Source of the DNA: Takakia lepidozioides
Lineage: Eukaryota > Plantae > Bryophyta
NCBI GenBank assembly: GCA_030704615.1
Contig: CM060734.1
Location: forward strand, 46,996,001 to 47,060,000
Reading direction: 5' to 3'
DNA: 64,000 nucleotides
In this document: positions 13,880 to 27,071 of the stretch, piece after piece
How positions within the stretch are numbered: the first letter of the stretch is position 1
Layout: the number at the start of each line of letters is the position of its first letter
Program-made: the position numbers and the translations under genes
The notes under the pieces: model-generated
What the model was told of the DNA's origin: nothing
What the model saw: only the letters and a program-made list of their open reading frames with translations
The model's database searches: none

Positions 13880-15025
13880 CAGTGTTGGGCGGGTATATGA
13901 ATTACCCTGATATCCCGCCGGGTATATCAGGGTATATTGATATATATATATATACCCTGGTGTGGCAAGTTTAGGTACCCGGATGTATACCCTTATATCA
14001 GGGTATATTTTTATGATATACCCTTATCCTTATGTTTACCCTGCATCAAGACGCTCAATATACCCTACTTTCCTGAAGGGTATATGTTAAAATGAAGGGT
14101 ATATCTAATCAGGGTATATAAGGGCCTATGTGCCTTCATAACCTTTATGTGCTAGGTCTTTTCTCTTTTTGTTGTGTTGTTAGGGAGCCTTGAGCTATAA
14201 GAAAGCTCCAATTACAGCTAAAACAAATGTTACATATATATCATTCCTTAAATGTCATATAACCCAAACAATACCTCCTCAGATCTCCCATATATATATA
14301 TATATAAAAGGAAACCTGACAGCCCACAATTTAGGTCCCAAGGGGTTTTTATTTATTTATTTATTTAAGGAAATCTGGGAGCGACAGCTCACAATTCAGG
14401 CCCTTGAGGAGGGGGAAAGATTAAACTCCTTTCATTTATGGGCCACGAGACCTACAGGACGATCAACGCCCAAATGTACCATCACACCAACAATCCCACA
14501 CACGGGGCAGGGCAGCGGGTTCGAACCCCGAACCACCTGAGTGACACACACTGTGCACTAACCAGCTGAGCTACCAGCCCATGTGCTTTAAAAAAAATCT
14601 CAAACCTCCTACATCTTGCATTGGAAATTAACACCAAAATATTATGCAATATCTTATCAATTTTCTCTTTTACCATAGTTTTGTTTTGTTTTGTTTTGTT
14701 TTTTGTTTTTTTTTGTACATATTGAAGAACATCTTGTGAGCATAGCTCCCAGGTTTCCTTTTTGAAAATAAAATAAAAAATCATATTATATATTAATGGA
14801 AAGAACTATCCATACCCGGAAACTATTCATACCCTCAGGGTATATTTTGGCATATATATCCATACCCGGGGGTTATATAGAAATCTGAAAAGTTAATTTA
14901 CCCATACCCGGAGGGTAAATAATTTTTTTAGATTTCAATTTATCCATACCCGGAGGGTAAATGATTTGACAAAAATAATTTACTTATACCCTATATATTG
15001 AAATCAATATACCCGCACAACACTG
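13880..15025. mobile_element. hAT-type non-autonomous element (MITE)
   Basis: TIRs CAGTGTTGGGCGGGTATAT and ATATACCCGCACAACACTG. 8-bp TSD GTCGGAAC/GTCTGAAC (7/8). Many subterminal ATACCC/GGGTAT repeats. Confidence 0.88.
14346..14580 (-). mobile_element. tRNA-derived SINE nested in the MITE
   Basis: A box TAGCTCAGCTGG, B box GGTTCGAACCC, unrelated body and (TAAA)n tail. Confidence 0.8.
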
Positions 15026-15829
15026 GTCTGAACCTGAATCTGGAGAAGGCAAACCATAGGAGAGGAGGCCGTGAAAGCACAACAGGGGCTTAGCGGTTGA
15101 CGAAGCGGTTTTTAACACAGATGGGTAGTTGTAGTTTTTTCTTCATTCTAAAAAGGGCCAGTAAAATAAAGTAGAAGTCAATACATTAATACATTAATCT
15201 AGTCACCAAAAGTCGACATTATCCTTAATGTATGTTAAAACTGTTTGAAGTTGTTTCCTGGCACTTATTCCTTCTCAATCAGGGATGAATTAATATTGTC
15301 AATCATGGAATGTTAGGATTCTATGGGAGAACCTATGCGTTTGTTCCAGAGAGTGTTATTGTACCTTAGACAGAGCGTGATGAGTGGGAGAGGACCTTAT
15401 AGAGAGGCTTACAAATTAGTAGAACTCTACTAGATTAATAAGATCCACTGATTTTTTAAATTTGATAATTATTTAACTAGAATTTTCTCAGGGGCGGAGT
15501 AGTGTTAGTTTGTTTTAATTTTTCATATGCCGAAAATAACAAGCTAGCCCATTTCTTCCACCATTTGCACATTATGGTGAATTTTCCGGATTTTATCCCC
15601 TTTGTACAAGTAGCTGAGCCCAAATTTTCCCTAAATCAAAAACCAAATCGACAAAAGAAAAGCAAAACAGAAAACATATTGAACTATATATTAATATGAA
15701 TAACACGATAAACATTATAATGTATCATGTATCATAATCCAAATTTTTTTTAAATAAAAAATAATAAAAAATGCATAAGCCAACTTGAACTTACAGCGGC
15801 TATCTGGTTGTGTATTTGAGCTTTTTACA

Positions 15830-18800
15830 GTTATTTACCATTACCCAATCAGTGGGATTCGGTATTTGGGGGCGTGTCTCTTGAGATTTGTTTTAAGTCT
15901 AAGCTAAGAAAATAAGAGAAAAAGCCCTACCCGTGTGATCTCTTCCAGTGATCCGTATAAATCAAGGAAAATCACGGATTTACGATCGGTCCATTCAACA
16001 AACTCGAACCAAAGCTGCAATCTGGCATGGCTGCGAGACTGAGAGTTCTGGATCTCTTTCCTGATGACTGTATCCCTACCGCGATGTGCAGGGGCGACAC
16101 GAGAGCAGTGGTGAAAGTGACAGCCTAAGCCTTTCCCTCCAAACGCGTGTACTCTGCCTCAGTCCGCCAGCAATGGTTGGAGACATGACAGTACGGCCGA
16201 TGTGCACTGCGTTGTCGATGCTCAGTTGGAGCAATTGTAATTTCTCACAGTGAGTTGCACTGTCTTACTCATACTCAATTTGGTGCAATGGTCGGTGGCA
16301 CAGTTGGATCAGAAACGCTGATCTCCCCTGAGCATGCTCTTGGTCGGTGCAAGCCCATTGAAGCAATGTGCACAAAGCATATGTGAAGATGACAGCATCT
16401 CCGTCTTGATCGTTCAACGACCTGATGCACTTGGTCGGTGCTCCGATGTGCGCATAGTGAGGAGTATTAATTTAGGTTGGGCTTGATGTCCAGTATGTGA
16501 CTGGAAGCATCTTGAGCAATTTTCGAAATTGTGATGGACTCGGGTTACAACATGTGCAAAGAGTTGCGCTTATCCCAAACGGCTTAAGTTGACCTGGATA
16601 TCGACTATGCGATTGAGCTGGCTAAGTTGTGAAGATGACTTATAATTTCTGAGCCTTTCATCTGTCCAAACGCAAGAAGTTGCATACAGACTGCTCACTG
16701 GTTGCAGTACTACCTCCAGTCCCTGCACTTTGATATTGACACATCTAAGCAAAGATTGAACCCACAGCAGAGTCGGTGAAGATGAACCAGGCCAGCTCCA
16801 ACTTGCCACGATTATACTTATCCGTGATATTAGCACGTCTGTGTTCAAAGACCAATCGCAGGAGGATCTGCCACGTATGGCTGAACAGATTAATCTAGAC
16901 ATGTCTGGCAACAACGGCTTGCAGGGCCGGCGGCTAAGGAAAACAAAAACAAAAAAAAAACAAAAATACAGAAAAGCGGCTACTGTGTGCAGATTTGAAG
17001 AAATTGTGAGGATTTGTTTTTGAAGGCGGATGTGACCCTCAACCTTCCGAGCCTTTTGCTCCAAACATGTGTCTCGCTTGTGGAGCCAATGCGACTATTT
17101 TATCCTCAGATACTTACACGACTTGCAGGAGATGCCCGCAATGAGAACAATGAGCTAGGAAGTACACTGATGTCGGTGCATCTATGCAAAGCGTACCAGT
17201 TACCAGTGGCTAGTTATCGTTAATTCCTAATAACCTGTGCAACTGCAATGAGAACAATGAGCTAGGGAGTACACTGATGTCGGTGCATCTATGCAAAGCG
17301 TACCAGTTACCAGGTACCAGTTGCTAGTTATCGTTAATTACCTGTGCAACGAGATGCAATGTTCAGCTATAAAAGAGCTCACTTGTTGCAGGATCCCTCG
17401 AACACTTGCGGCTCGCCCACCTGTGGGCAAGCGACGACGAACTTCTACACTTCTAGCTCCAAACTGTTGTGCCCGGAACATTTGCTCAGTCTCTGTATCC
17501 TCTCAAGGGTCAGAGGATCCCTCAATTAAACTGTTCAGTGACCATACGCAAAGCACGACTAATTGTGATTATGGAAAGGAGTCTACAGCGGATATAGGTT
17601 GGGGAGCATTCTTGACAGTTCATGAGGAACAGGACTGTCAGGACTGGCATTTGCACAAGGTCGGATACGTCACAAACCACCCTCTTCTGGTCAGGGCGAT
17701 ATAGCGGATTGCGCTGTTAATTGCGGGGGGCCTTTCTTATCTCCACCACCATGACTTGAGGTACATAATTCACAAGTGTAAGCTCTACAAACTTGATCTG
17801 TGACTTAATTGTTGTCAACTGTCAAGCTGGAGCATTGGTTTACACATAGAGTTCAACATTTTGGTGGAGCCCTTTGCTTGCATTTTCCATGTGCATTGAC
17901 CCCTCATTGACCCTTGGTGTTAGAACATGTTGCTCAAAGGTAATTTTAAAATGCATGCATATCCGTGCGAATTGGGCCTTTGGTGCTGAATGAAAGGAAT
18001 GGGGGTTGTGACATGAGTGTGCCATGTGGAGGTGACTGTGGATGCACCAGTTTTGCGAAAGAAGGGAGTAGGCTCTATCTAGGTTAATTGCCTTTGGCCA
18101 ACTTAAGAATGGTGAAATTCAAATCTTTTAGTCTTGTAGCACAGTTGGATGATTTCTGCATAGGAAGGTCTACTGGTGGCATTTTTTATTTTGAAGTTCA
18201 ACAGTGTTCAGTTCTAGTATATTCTGCAAGGAAACCAGGAAGCACAAAGTGGTTGAAGAAATTGCAGCCAATCCTCCACCCACAGCAACCTAACCTACGC
18301 GTTGGAGTTGGACAAGAGTGCAGGAAGGTGCAATTGAGGTGCAATTGCTCGATAAGTATAGCGGAAGAATCGACAACAACTGTTAAAAAGAGGTTGTTGG
18401 TGGCAGCCAAAATTTAGAAACCTATCGATGTCTACGGTAAACACATTTATCGATGCTTATGACATAGACTAGAGATTGGATAAACTGCAAAAATTGTAGG
18501 GTAGTGGTCAAGCATGACATGTAACGATTGAATGCCCTAGCTTTTGCGTAGCCTTCGACGCTGGATGGAAGCAATTTTCCACTGATAACGACTTGAAGAT
18601 GGAAGATGTGACACCTCTACTTCGACTTTCTCCCTTGCGGCATGGGGCATCAAAAATTCCAGTGAGGGCACTCATCTTTTGCACACCAGTTATTATGTCA
18701 AACAGCTTGACTGAAAACTGTGACTTTCTAATCGGCGTGAACTCATGAAGACTATCTTCCATCTCCATGTGGTTGTCAGCAACAAGTCCCCTCCATCCCT

Positions 18801-19470
18801 CTTTGAAGGCTACACAATGTGTCAGGGTGTTCAGTTACAAGGTCCACTTGCACCACAAGGCATTTCCAGTTTTGTTGAACGCCCTAGCTTTTGCGTAGCC
18901 TTCAAAGTTGGATGGAAGCAATTTGCCACTGATAACGACTTGAAGATGGAAGATGTGACAGTGACTTCGACTTTCCCCCGGGGACATAAAAAATTCCAGT
19001 ATTGTTGAGTTGTGAGAGCGCTCATCTTTTGCCCACCAGTTTTTATGTCATACAGCTTGACTGAAAGCTCCGACTTTCTAATCGGCGGGAACACTTGAAG
19101 ACTATCTTCCATCTCCATGTGGTTGTCAGCAGCAAGTCCCCTCCAGCCCTCTTTGAAGGCTACACAATGTGTCAGGGTGTCCAGTTACAACGTCCACTTG
19201 CACCACTATGCCCTTCCAGTTTTGACGTTTGCCCAATTTCTTTGTCATAAGCCTGGATAAATGTGTATGTCGTAGCCTTGTGGCCACAGGCCCCGTGCCT
19301 AGGTTTGGGCAGTACAAGAGCGAACAGAGCTAACAGACACTATGAGGGGTTCACTCCAGTAGGTGGACCTACCTTGGTATAAACAATTGTTTCTGGCCGC
19401 TTTCCTGATTTTCTCTAAAAATCCCTTAACACAAGCATTTTGTTGTGTGTGAGTTGCCCAACAAAAGCTG
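15830..19470 (+). repeat. Backbone repeat copy A (degenerate gene-like unit)
   Basis: Homologous to 21740-27071 (inverted) and 51300-54520 (direct). Head has CCAATCAG, GGGGGCGTGT, TATAAAT, then ATGGCTGCGAGA. Confidence 0.85.
18480..19210 (+). pseudogene. Tandem ~350-bp units encoding degenerate B3-like (REM-type) DNA-binding domain remnants
   Basis: VQLQGPL...GWKQFATDNDLKMEDV resembles the B3 pattern V.L.GP.G...GW..F..DN.L..GD; frameshifts and stops present. Confidence 0.55.
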
Positions 19471-21207
19471 CAGGTTTGAGGAACTCCTGGTATGCTCGGG
19501 TGGACAGTTTATTTCAACGCAACGGATTCTCTACTGCTTCCCTATTACCAATGAATCCAGATGAGGTGGACATCACATCCAGACATGACCGCAACAGACT
19601 CATTAGGAGAGAGCTTATCGAATTACATGTCAAGAGAACTTGGAAGCTCCCAATCTCACGACAAAGCTCCACTTCTATCGAGAGGCATTCTTGGTGCTTC
19701 GAGATGATAGAATCTTGAGGCCAAATTACCTCTCAGCATTCTTATCTCCTTCCCTCTTGAGCGCATTGGGGCGGTTCAAGGTGGGTTCCCACAACCTACG
19801 GATAGATTGTACTCATAAGACGTTGTTTGCCGTAGCCTTCTGGCCATTGACCCCGCTCCCAGTTTGAGCGGGAACAAAAGGGACAGAACCTACTTCTGTC
19901 AGGGGCTGACATTGGTAGTAAGACTTACCTCCATATAAAGAATTAATCCGGGTTTTCCAGATATCCTCTAGAAATCCCTTCACACAAGCATCAATCTGTT
20001 GTGTGTGATTTGCCCAAAAACTAGGCCTCAGGAGGGCCTGGGCTTTTGGCTCAGCCTCTAGAGTTTCAAAGTTGGTAAACAGGGGTACAGGCACAATTCC
20101 CTTAATAGATTTGAAGAGAGCGTCTCTTTGGTGAGAGAACCCCGGACAGTGTATCCGAAAATGAATACTATCTTTAGATTGCCCACACAACGGGCAATTG
20201 CACTCTCCCTTTCCTCTCTGCTTCTGTTTGCTGTTCAAAGGTAGGCTTCCTGCCCTAAGTTTAAATTTCAGTCTAGTGCCGAGAGTGGGTAGATCCTTGA
20301 GGTCATCCAAGATATCCTCCCCCATATCACAGACTGGAAACAAGTTCAGGGAAGTATTCTGCCTAACTTCATTTTCATCAGACATGGCTGAGGACACTAC
20401 AGCCTCTAAGTCAGATTTATCCAGCAGGGTCAAGACTTGCGGATCCAGGTCCAGGTCCTTGAGGATCTCTTCTACTCTCTTCTGCCAGGACTTAGCCTGT
20501 TTGACAGGGTGGTCCTGTTTCCAAGATATAGAGTCGATTAACTTAGGATATCTGGTGTTGGGCATATGTTGCAGCTGACCCCACCGTCTGACATCTCGTC
20601 GGGAGCTTAAGGACGGAATGCCAAACTCACCCCGAACAGCCACATTGGCTGTTTTGGAGCATGCTGACATACACTCCTTAACCACCCCCACTTGAATGGA
20701 TTCTAGAGACTTAGCCTGGTTGGAGTTATCAACCCATATAGCAGATCCGTACTCCGAGACAGGTCTAATAACGCGACAAAGCATGGTTTTCTTAACCTCA
20801 GAGTTGACCCCTCTGCAGTGGAAAAACTACGGATAGAGACTGGTAGATGGGAAAACCTGCAACGGGAGGACTGCCTATGTCCAGCTTGCATAGGGCGCAG
20901 CCAGGAAATTGAAACTGAAGAACACTTTTCTTCTACTGCCCTCTATACTACGAGATCCGTGGGAGATTCCACTATTTATTCAGTGGAACCCAATCTCTCA
21001 CTGAAGTCTTCCACTATGAGGAATCAGAAATGCTTGGCAACCTACCTGCACGAGGCCTTCACCCTAAGACAATCACTAGAACATTAGTTCTTATTCTTGG
21101 GTTCTGGTTTTGTTCCTCTCGAGATCATGTTTTCTTCCATTTTGTCCCATAAGCTCTATCAGCTTTCCGCGGGCGTTATAAAGCAGCATTTCATTTCATT
21201 TCATTTC
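19470..21207 (+). mobile_element. 3' fragment of LINE family B (RTE-X-like), interrupted by a family A copy
   Basis: RFKVGSHNLRI|ETGRW..REDCLCPAC..ETEEHF reconstitutes across the insertion; ends in (CATTT)n. Confidence 0.8.
19807..20826 (-). mobile_element. 5'-truncated LINE family A copy with open 323-aa C-terminal frame
   Basis: ORF 19813-20784 (IRPVSEYGSAIW; VRGEFG; CPLC..DSIHF.IHCP). 11-bp TSD CTACGGATAGA at 19796-19806 and 20827-20837. Confidence 0.9.
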
Positions 21208-21739
21208 TCCTTGGGCCTTTACAAATGAGGATCTGAAGTGTGTATAAGGCACCAAATGAGAGCTCTAGTGAGAAAGAAGAACAAAAAAAACTTTATAATG
21301 TCCAGCCTGGGAGCCAAAGCGCTTATGGAACACCAGAAAAAAAAAAGATAGAAAACGAAAAGTGGGGACCCCAACAACCTTGTCAAGAAACAACATTTCA
21401 AGGTTCTTTAAGAGATTGTTGAACAGAGGCCCAGGGGACACTAGCTAGTGCAACAAGATAGAAGCACATACACCAAAGAGCAATATAAAGCTCAATTGTT
21501 GTATGACAAAGGCATAAGACTTCCATGAACTTGTTTCAAGTTTGAACAATGAATGTCTCCTCAGTCCTTTGAACAATGAACAGATGCAAAGAGAAGAGGG
21601 AGATTGTCAATGCCCAATGCACAAAGACAATATCTATTTTTGATGTCTAGGGTTTCTCATCAGAAAGCGACCAAGTAGACCATTGTTTATAGTCTTAAGG
21701 CTGAGCCTAATGCCCTGACGCCCTGGCCCTGTTGGGGTC

Positions 21740-24700
21740 TAATTGTTGGGCAGCTCACACACAACAAACTGATGCTTGTGTGAAGGGGTTTTCGGAGAAA
21801 ATCAGGAAAGCGGCCAGGAATTGTTTATACCACTTGAGGTAGGTCCACCTAGTGGAGTCTCGTAGTGTCTGTCGCTCTTTTTGCCCAAACTCGACACGGG
21901 GCCTATGGCCACAAGGCTACGACAAACATATTCATCAATTCTTACGGCATAGAAATTGGGCAGATTATGAAACTGGAAGGGACTAAGCTTAGTGGTGCAA
22001 GTGGACCTTATAATTGGACACCCTTACACACACTGTGTAGCCTTCAGAGATGGGTGGAGGGGACTTGCTGCTGACAACCACATGGAGATGGAAGATAGTC
22101 TTCAAGTGTTCCCGCCGATTAGAAAGTCGGAGCTTTCAGTCAAGCTGTATGACATAAAAACTAGTGTGCAAAAGATGAGCGCTCTCACAACTCAACAATA
22201 CTGGAATTTTTGATGCCCCGGGGAAAAAGTCGAAGTCGAGGTGTCACATCTTCCATCTTCAAGTCGTTGTCAGTGGCAAATTGCTGCCATCCACCTTTAA
22301 AGGCTTCGCAAATGCTAGGGCGTTCAATCGCTACGTGCCATGCTTGACCACTAGACTCCTACAATTTTGCAGGTTACCCAATCTCTAGTCTTTGTCGTAA
22401 GCATTGATAAACGTGTTTACCGAAGCCTAAGCATTGAACGTGTTTACCGAAGACCTCGGTACGTTTTCTTAATTCGAGCTTCCACCAGCAACCTTCTTTT
22501 CAATGCGAGTTCACTCGTTGTCGATCCTTCCACTAAACTTGTCGAGCAATTGCGCCTTCCCGCACTCTTGTTGAACGACAAAGCTATTTCAGGTCAGAAT
22601 CCCCTCATAGTGTCTGTTTGCTCTTGTTCTGCCCAAACCTCAGGGGCCTATGGCCACAAGGCTACAACAAACACATTAATCAAGGCTTAAAGAAATTGGG
22701 TAGACTGCAAAACTACAAGGACCTAGTGGCCACAAGGCTACGTTTCTTCATTCGGGCTTCCACCAGCAACCTTTTTTTACGAGTTGAATGGTCGATTCTT
22801 CCGCTACACTTGTCGAGCAATTGCACCTTCCTGCACTCTTGTCCAACTCCAAAGCTATTCTGGGTCTGAATGGAGATCTGCAAAAAGGTTGCTGGTGGAA
22901 GCCCAAATGAAGAAACGTAACGTAATTATAATATTATTATTACGTTTCTTCATTCGGGCTTCCACCAGCAACCTTTTTTTACGAGTTGAGTGGTCGATCC
23001 TCTGCTATACTTGTCGAGCAATTGCACCTTCCTACACTCTTGTCCAACTCCAAGCTATTTTAGGTCTGAATGGAGAGAAACAATTTCTTCAGTATCTGTG
23101 TGCAAGCTTCTGCTTTCCCTTGTAGCATTAGAGAAACTTGACAAGCAACAACTCATTCCTTCAGTCACAAATCTTCACGTAGGTAATCACTACCTATAAC
23201 CTCCTATAACATGCCCGAGAGAATTTGCCAAATATGAAGCTTGCCTAACGTAGAGCATACTAACAAACATGCTAGGTACATTCTTAGAGCCTTTGGCATG
23301 CTGATTATTCAGTCTAAAGTCACCACTCTCAGATATTCCAAACTTGAATCTCCTAGGGCCGTTCTCAAAAGTCAGCAGCCATGGTGAGAGAGAAGATGGA
23401 GACCAAATTCATAAGGGAAACATAGTTGACAGACAACACATATTAGAACATCTGTATCGAAAGTTTTACTGATTCATCACTGGTAAGAGCATGAGGCTAC
23501 TGCACGCACACCTGAGCCATACCAGATCAACACTCAACCACCATATGATCCAGCTACCCGAGCCCTCTTGAAGGAGCTACAGGTGTTACTGCCCTCATCA
23601 GCTCCTCATCTGTACTACAACACAACATCCTGTTACCAAGTACTCGACATTAGCTCAACCCTTCAGACACGTTACTCTAAAAGTAATCACCTTACAAGAA
23701 AGAGGATATACAGGTGTTGACCTATACTTGGTGTGACCTTGCCTCAATAGCCCTTCCTATGCAGAAATCATCCAAATTTGCTTTCTTAAGTTGGCCAAAG
23801 GCAATTAACCTATAGAGCCTAATTCCTTCTGTTGCAAAACTTGTGCATCCACATTCACCTCCACATGGCACACTCATGTCACAACCCCCATTCCTTTCAT
23901 TCACACTTATGTTCCTCTGTTCCTCCCTCAAATGTTTGCAAATTGCTCTAGATAATACCAAGATATAAATGGTTCAGGTCTCTGGACAAAGGAAGTACCT
24001 CCTTTACACCCCGCCCCCTCACCACCCGCTCTCTCTCATATAAAGCACCATTCATTTATCTCTCTCTTATAGCTCAAAGATTGTCGGAGCAATTTAACAA
24101 AGAACTAGGCACAAAACTTCTCAAAAATTGTTTCCAGTCTATATCCACTTTTCTGTATCCACAATCTCTAGGGTACTCTCATTAGAGAGTGGTGGGTACA
24201 TGAAGAACATGTACTCCTGGCACCTCTATTCAAAAACTTTCAAAATCTTGATCACTGAGATGACCCTAAAGCCTGCCCTAGTGTTGCAATCTACAAGTTT
24301 GCTGGGCCTTCTAGAGGAAATGTCGAAAGCCAGAACAAATTGTTCATATTGCCTAAGTCCTCCTACTAGAGTGAGCCCCTCACAAAGGTATTGTCTCTTC
24401 CCTTAATTTGTTCTGCCCAAGCTAGGTGTGGGTCTATGGCCACATAGCTATGGCAGCCAAAGTCTTCTGAGTACATTCTCCCCTCTCCCTCTCTCAGGTC
24501 GCCCTTCCACAATAGGAACCAATTAAGAGTGGGACATTAAAGTTTTACCTTGACTAGATCATTCAGAAGAATTCCAATGTGGAGACCAATGGAAATTTTC
24601 AGCAGCTGTGCCAAAAGTGTTGTCTGTACCCTCCCTTGTACCTTCCACTTTCCACACCACTATTTTATTAGTCCGCACATATGTACATTTTTCAAGAGTA

Positions 24701-27071
24701 TGCGCACACATAGTTGAATACTTACACAACTGCATGCTTGCTATTGGGCTTGTGTGGGGCAGTCGCATACCACAACAAAGGGAGCAGGGTGGAGAGACAC
24801 AGATGCATGTGGTATACATCAGAATGCCAATCCACCTCCAGCAGCAAAGGCCCAATTGGCACGGATATATGAAAGGCCCCCTGCAATTAACAGCGCAATC
24901 CGCTATATCGCCCTGACCAGAAGAGGGTGGTTTGTGACGTATCCGACCTTGTCCAAATGCCAGTCCTGACAGTCCCGTTCCTCATGAACTGGCAAGAATG
25001 ATCCAACCTATATCCGCTGTAGACTCCTTTCCATACTCACAATTAGTAGTGCTCTGCGTATGATCACTCATGAACAGTTTTGAGGGATCCTCTTTGAGGA
25101 TACAGCCCAATGTTAACTTTTCCCAGGTTCATGATGTCATGCAGATGTAGGCAGGACACATAGAGAGATTACAGAAGATCCTAGTTGCTCACCCTCTGCT
25201 TTGAGACAGAGAAATGTTCCCCACAATTGTTTGGAGCTAGAGACTGCTTTGAGACAGAGCAAATGTCTCGGGCACAAGAGTTTGGAGCGAGGTTTGGAGC
25301 TAGAGGTGTAGAAGTTCATCGTCGCTTGCCCACAAGCGGGCAAGCCCTAAGTGTTTGAGGGATCCTGCAACAAGTGAGCTCTTTTATAGCTTAATATTGC
25401 ATCTCGTTGCACAGGTAATTAACGATAACTAGCAGCTGGTACCTGGTAACTGGTACGCTCTGCATAGATGCACCGACATCAGTGTACTCATCCCTAGCTA
25501 CATAGATGCACTGACACAGTGTACTGATCCCTTATCTCCTGCAAGTCGTGCAAGTATCTGAGGATAAGATAATCGCATTGGCTCCACCAGCGAGACACAT
25601 GTTTGGAGGAAAAGGCTATGAAGGTTCAGGGTCACATCCACCTGCAGAAACAAATCCAGCTCACAATTTCTTCAAATCTGCAAACAGTACACACTGGGCA
25701 TAATTTAGCTGCTCACCTCAAGATCTTTTCCAATCTGCATTGACAGGCGTTTGGAGGCAAAGGCTTGGACTCTCAGATTCAGAGCTACTGTGAAATCGAT
25801 GCTGCTTGCGAGGCGCTTTTCTGTTTTTCTGTTTTTTGTCTTTGTTTTCCTATAGCCGCCCCCTGCAAGCCGTTGTTTCCCGACGTGTCTACATTAATTT
25901 GTTCAGCCATAAGTGGCACATCCATCATGTTTTTAGCCTGAGTGTAGGTCATATTTACCGACCAACAGCTGGTGGCCGGACTGCAATTAGTCTGTGGACA
26001 TAGACGTGCCACGATTGGTGTTTGAACACAGACGTGCTAATATCACGGATAAGTACAATCGTGGCAAGTTGGGAGCTGGCCTGGGTCATCTTCACCGACT
26101 CTACTGTGGAATCGATCTTTGTTAATTAGATGTGTCAATATCAAAGTGCAGGGACTGGTAGTACTGCAACCAGTGAGCAGTCTGTCCACATGCAACTTCT
26201 GAAGTGAGACACGCGTTTGGACAGATGAAAGGCTCAAAAATTAGTCATCTTCACAACTTAGAAAATCTAGCTCAATCACAGAGTGGATATCCAGCTCAAC
26301 TTAAGCAGTTTGGGATAAGCGCAACTTTTTGCACGTGTTGCAACCTAAGTCCATCAACTTCACAATTTTGAAAATCCCTCAAGATGCACATACTGGACAT
26401 CAAGCCCAGCCTAAATTAATATACTCTCCACTATGCACACGTCGGAGCACCGACCAAGTGCATCAGGTTGTTGAACGACCAAGACATTTGGAGAGAAACG
26501 CTCATGCTGTCATCTTCACGTTTGCTTTGTGCACGTTGCTCCAATGGGCCTGCACCGACCTGCAAGAGCATGCTCAGGGTGTAGATCAGCGTTTCTGATC
26601 CAACTGTGCCACCGACCATGACACCAAATTGAGTATGAGTAAGGCAGCTAGAATTGCTCCAACTGAGCATCGACAACGCAGTTCACTGTCAAGTCTCCAA
26701 CCATCGTTGGCGGACCGAGGCAGAGTACACGCGTTTGGAGGGAAAGGCTTAGGTTGTCACCTTCACCACTGCTCGCATGCCGCCCCTGCACATCGCGGTA
26801 GGGATACAGTCATCAGGAAAGAGATCCCAGAACTCTCAGTCTCGCAGCCATGCCAGACTGCAGCTTTGGTTCGAGTTTGTTGAATGGATCGATCGTAAAT
26901 CCGTGATTTTCCTTGATTTATACGGATCACTGGAAGAGATCACACGGGTAGGGCTTTTTCTCTTATTTTCTTAGCTTAGACTTAAAAAAGATCTCAAGAG
27001 ACACGCCCCCAAATACCGAATCCCACTGATTGGGTAATGGTAAATAACTGTCGATGGCAAAAAGTTCAAAT
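21740..27071 (-). repeat. Backbone repeat copy B (inverted)
   Basis: Reverse complement of copy A. Closest to copy C: 23400-27071 corresponds to about 51303-61760 minus insertions. B3-like remnant at about 21990-22390. Confidence 0.85.
22882..22978. repeat. 39-bp-stem fold-back hairpin
   Basis: 22882-22920 pairs with 22940-22978 (one mismatch); 19-nt AT-rich loop. Confidence 0.9.

Noticed and set aside
14490-14580. tRNA gene
   Set aside because: A and B boxes are present, but there is no convincing cloverleaf and it continues into a body and (TAAA)n tail, so it is a SINE.
13560-15520. Larger element enclosing the hAT MITE
   Set aside because: Absent from copy C, but I could not identify termini or a TSD.
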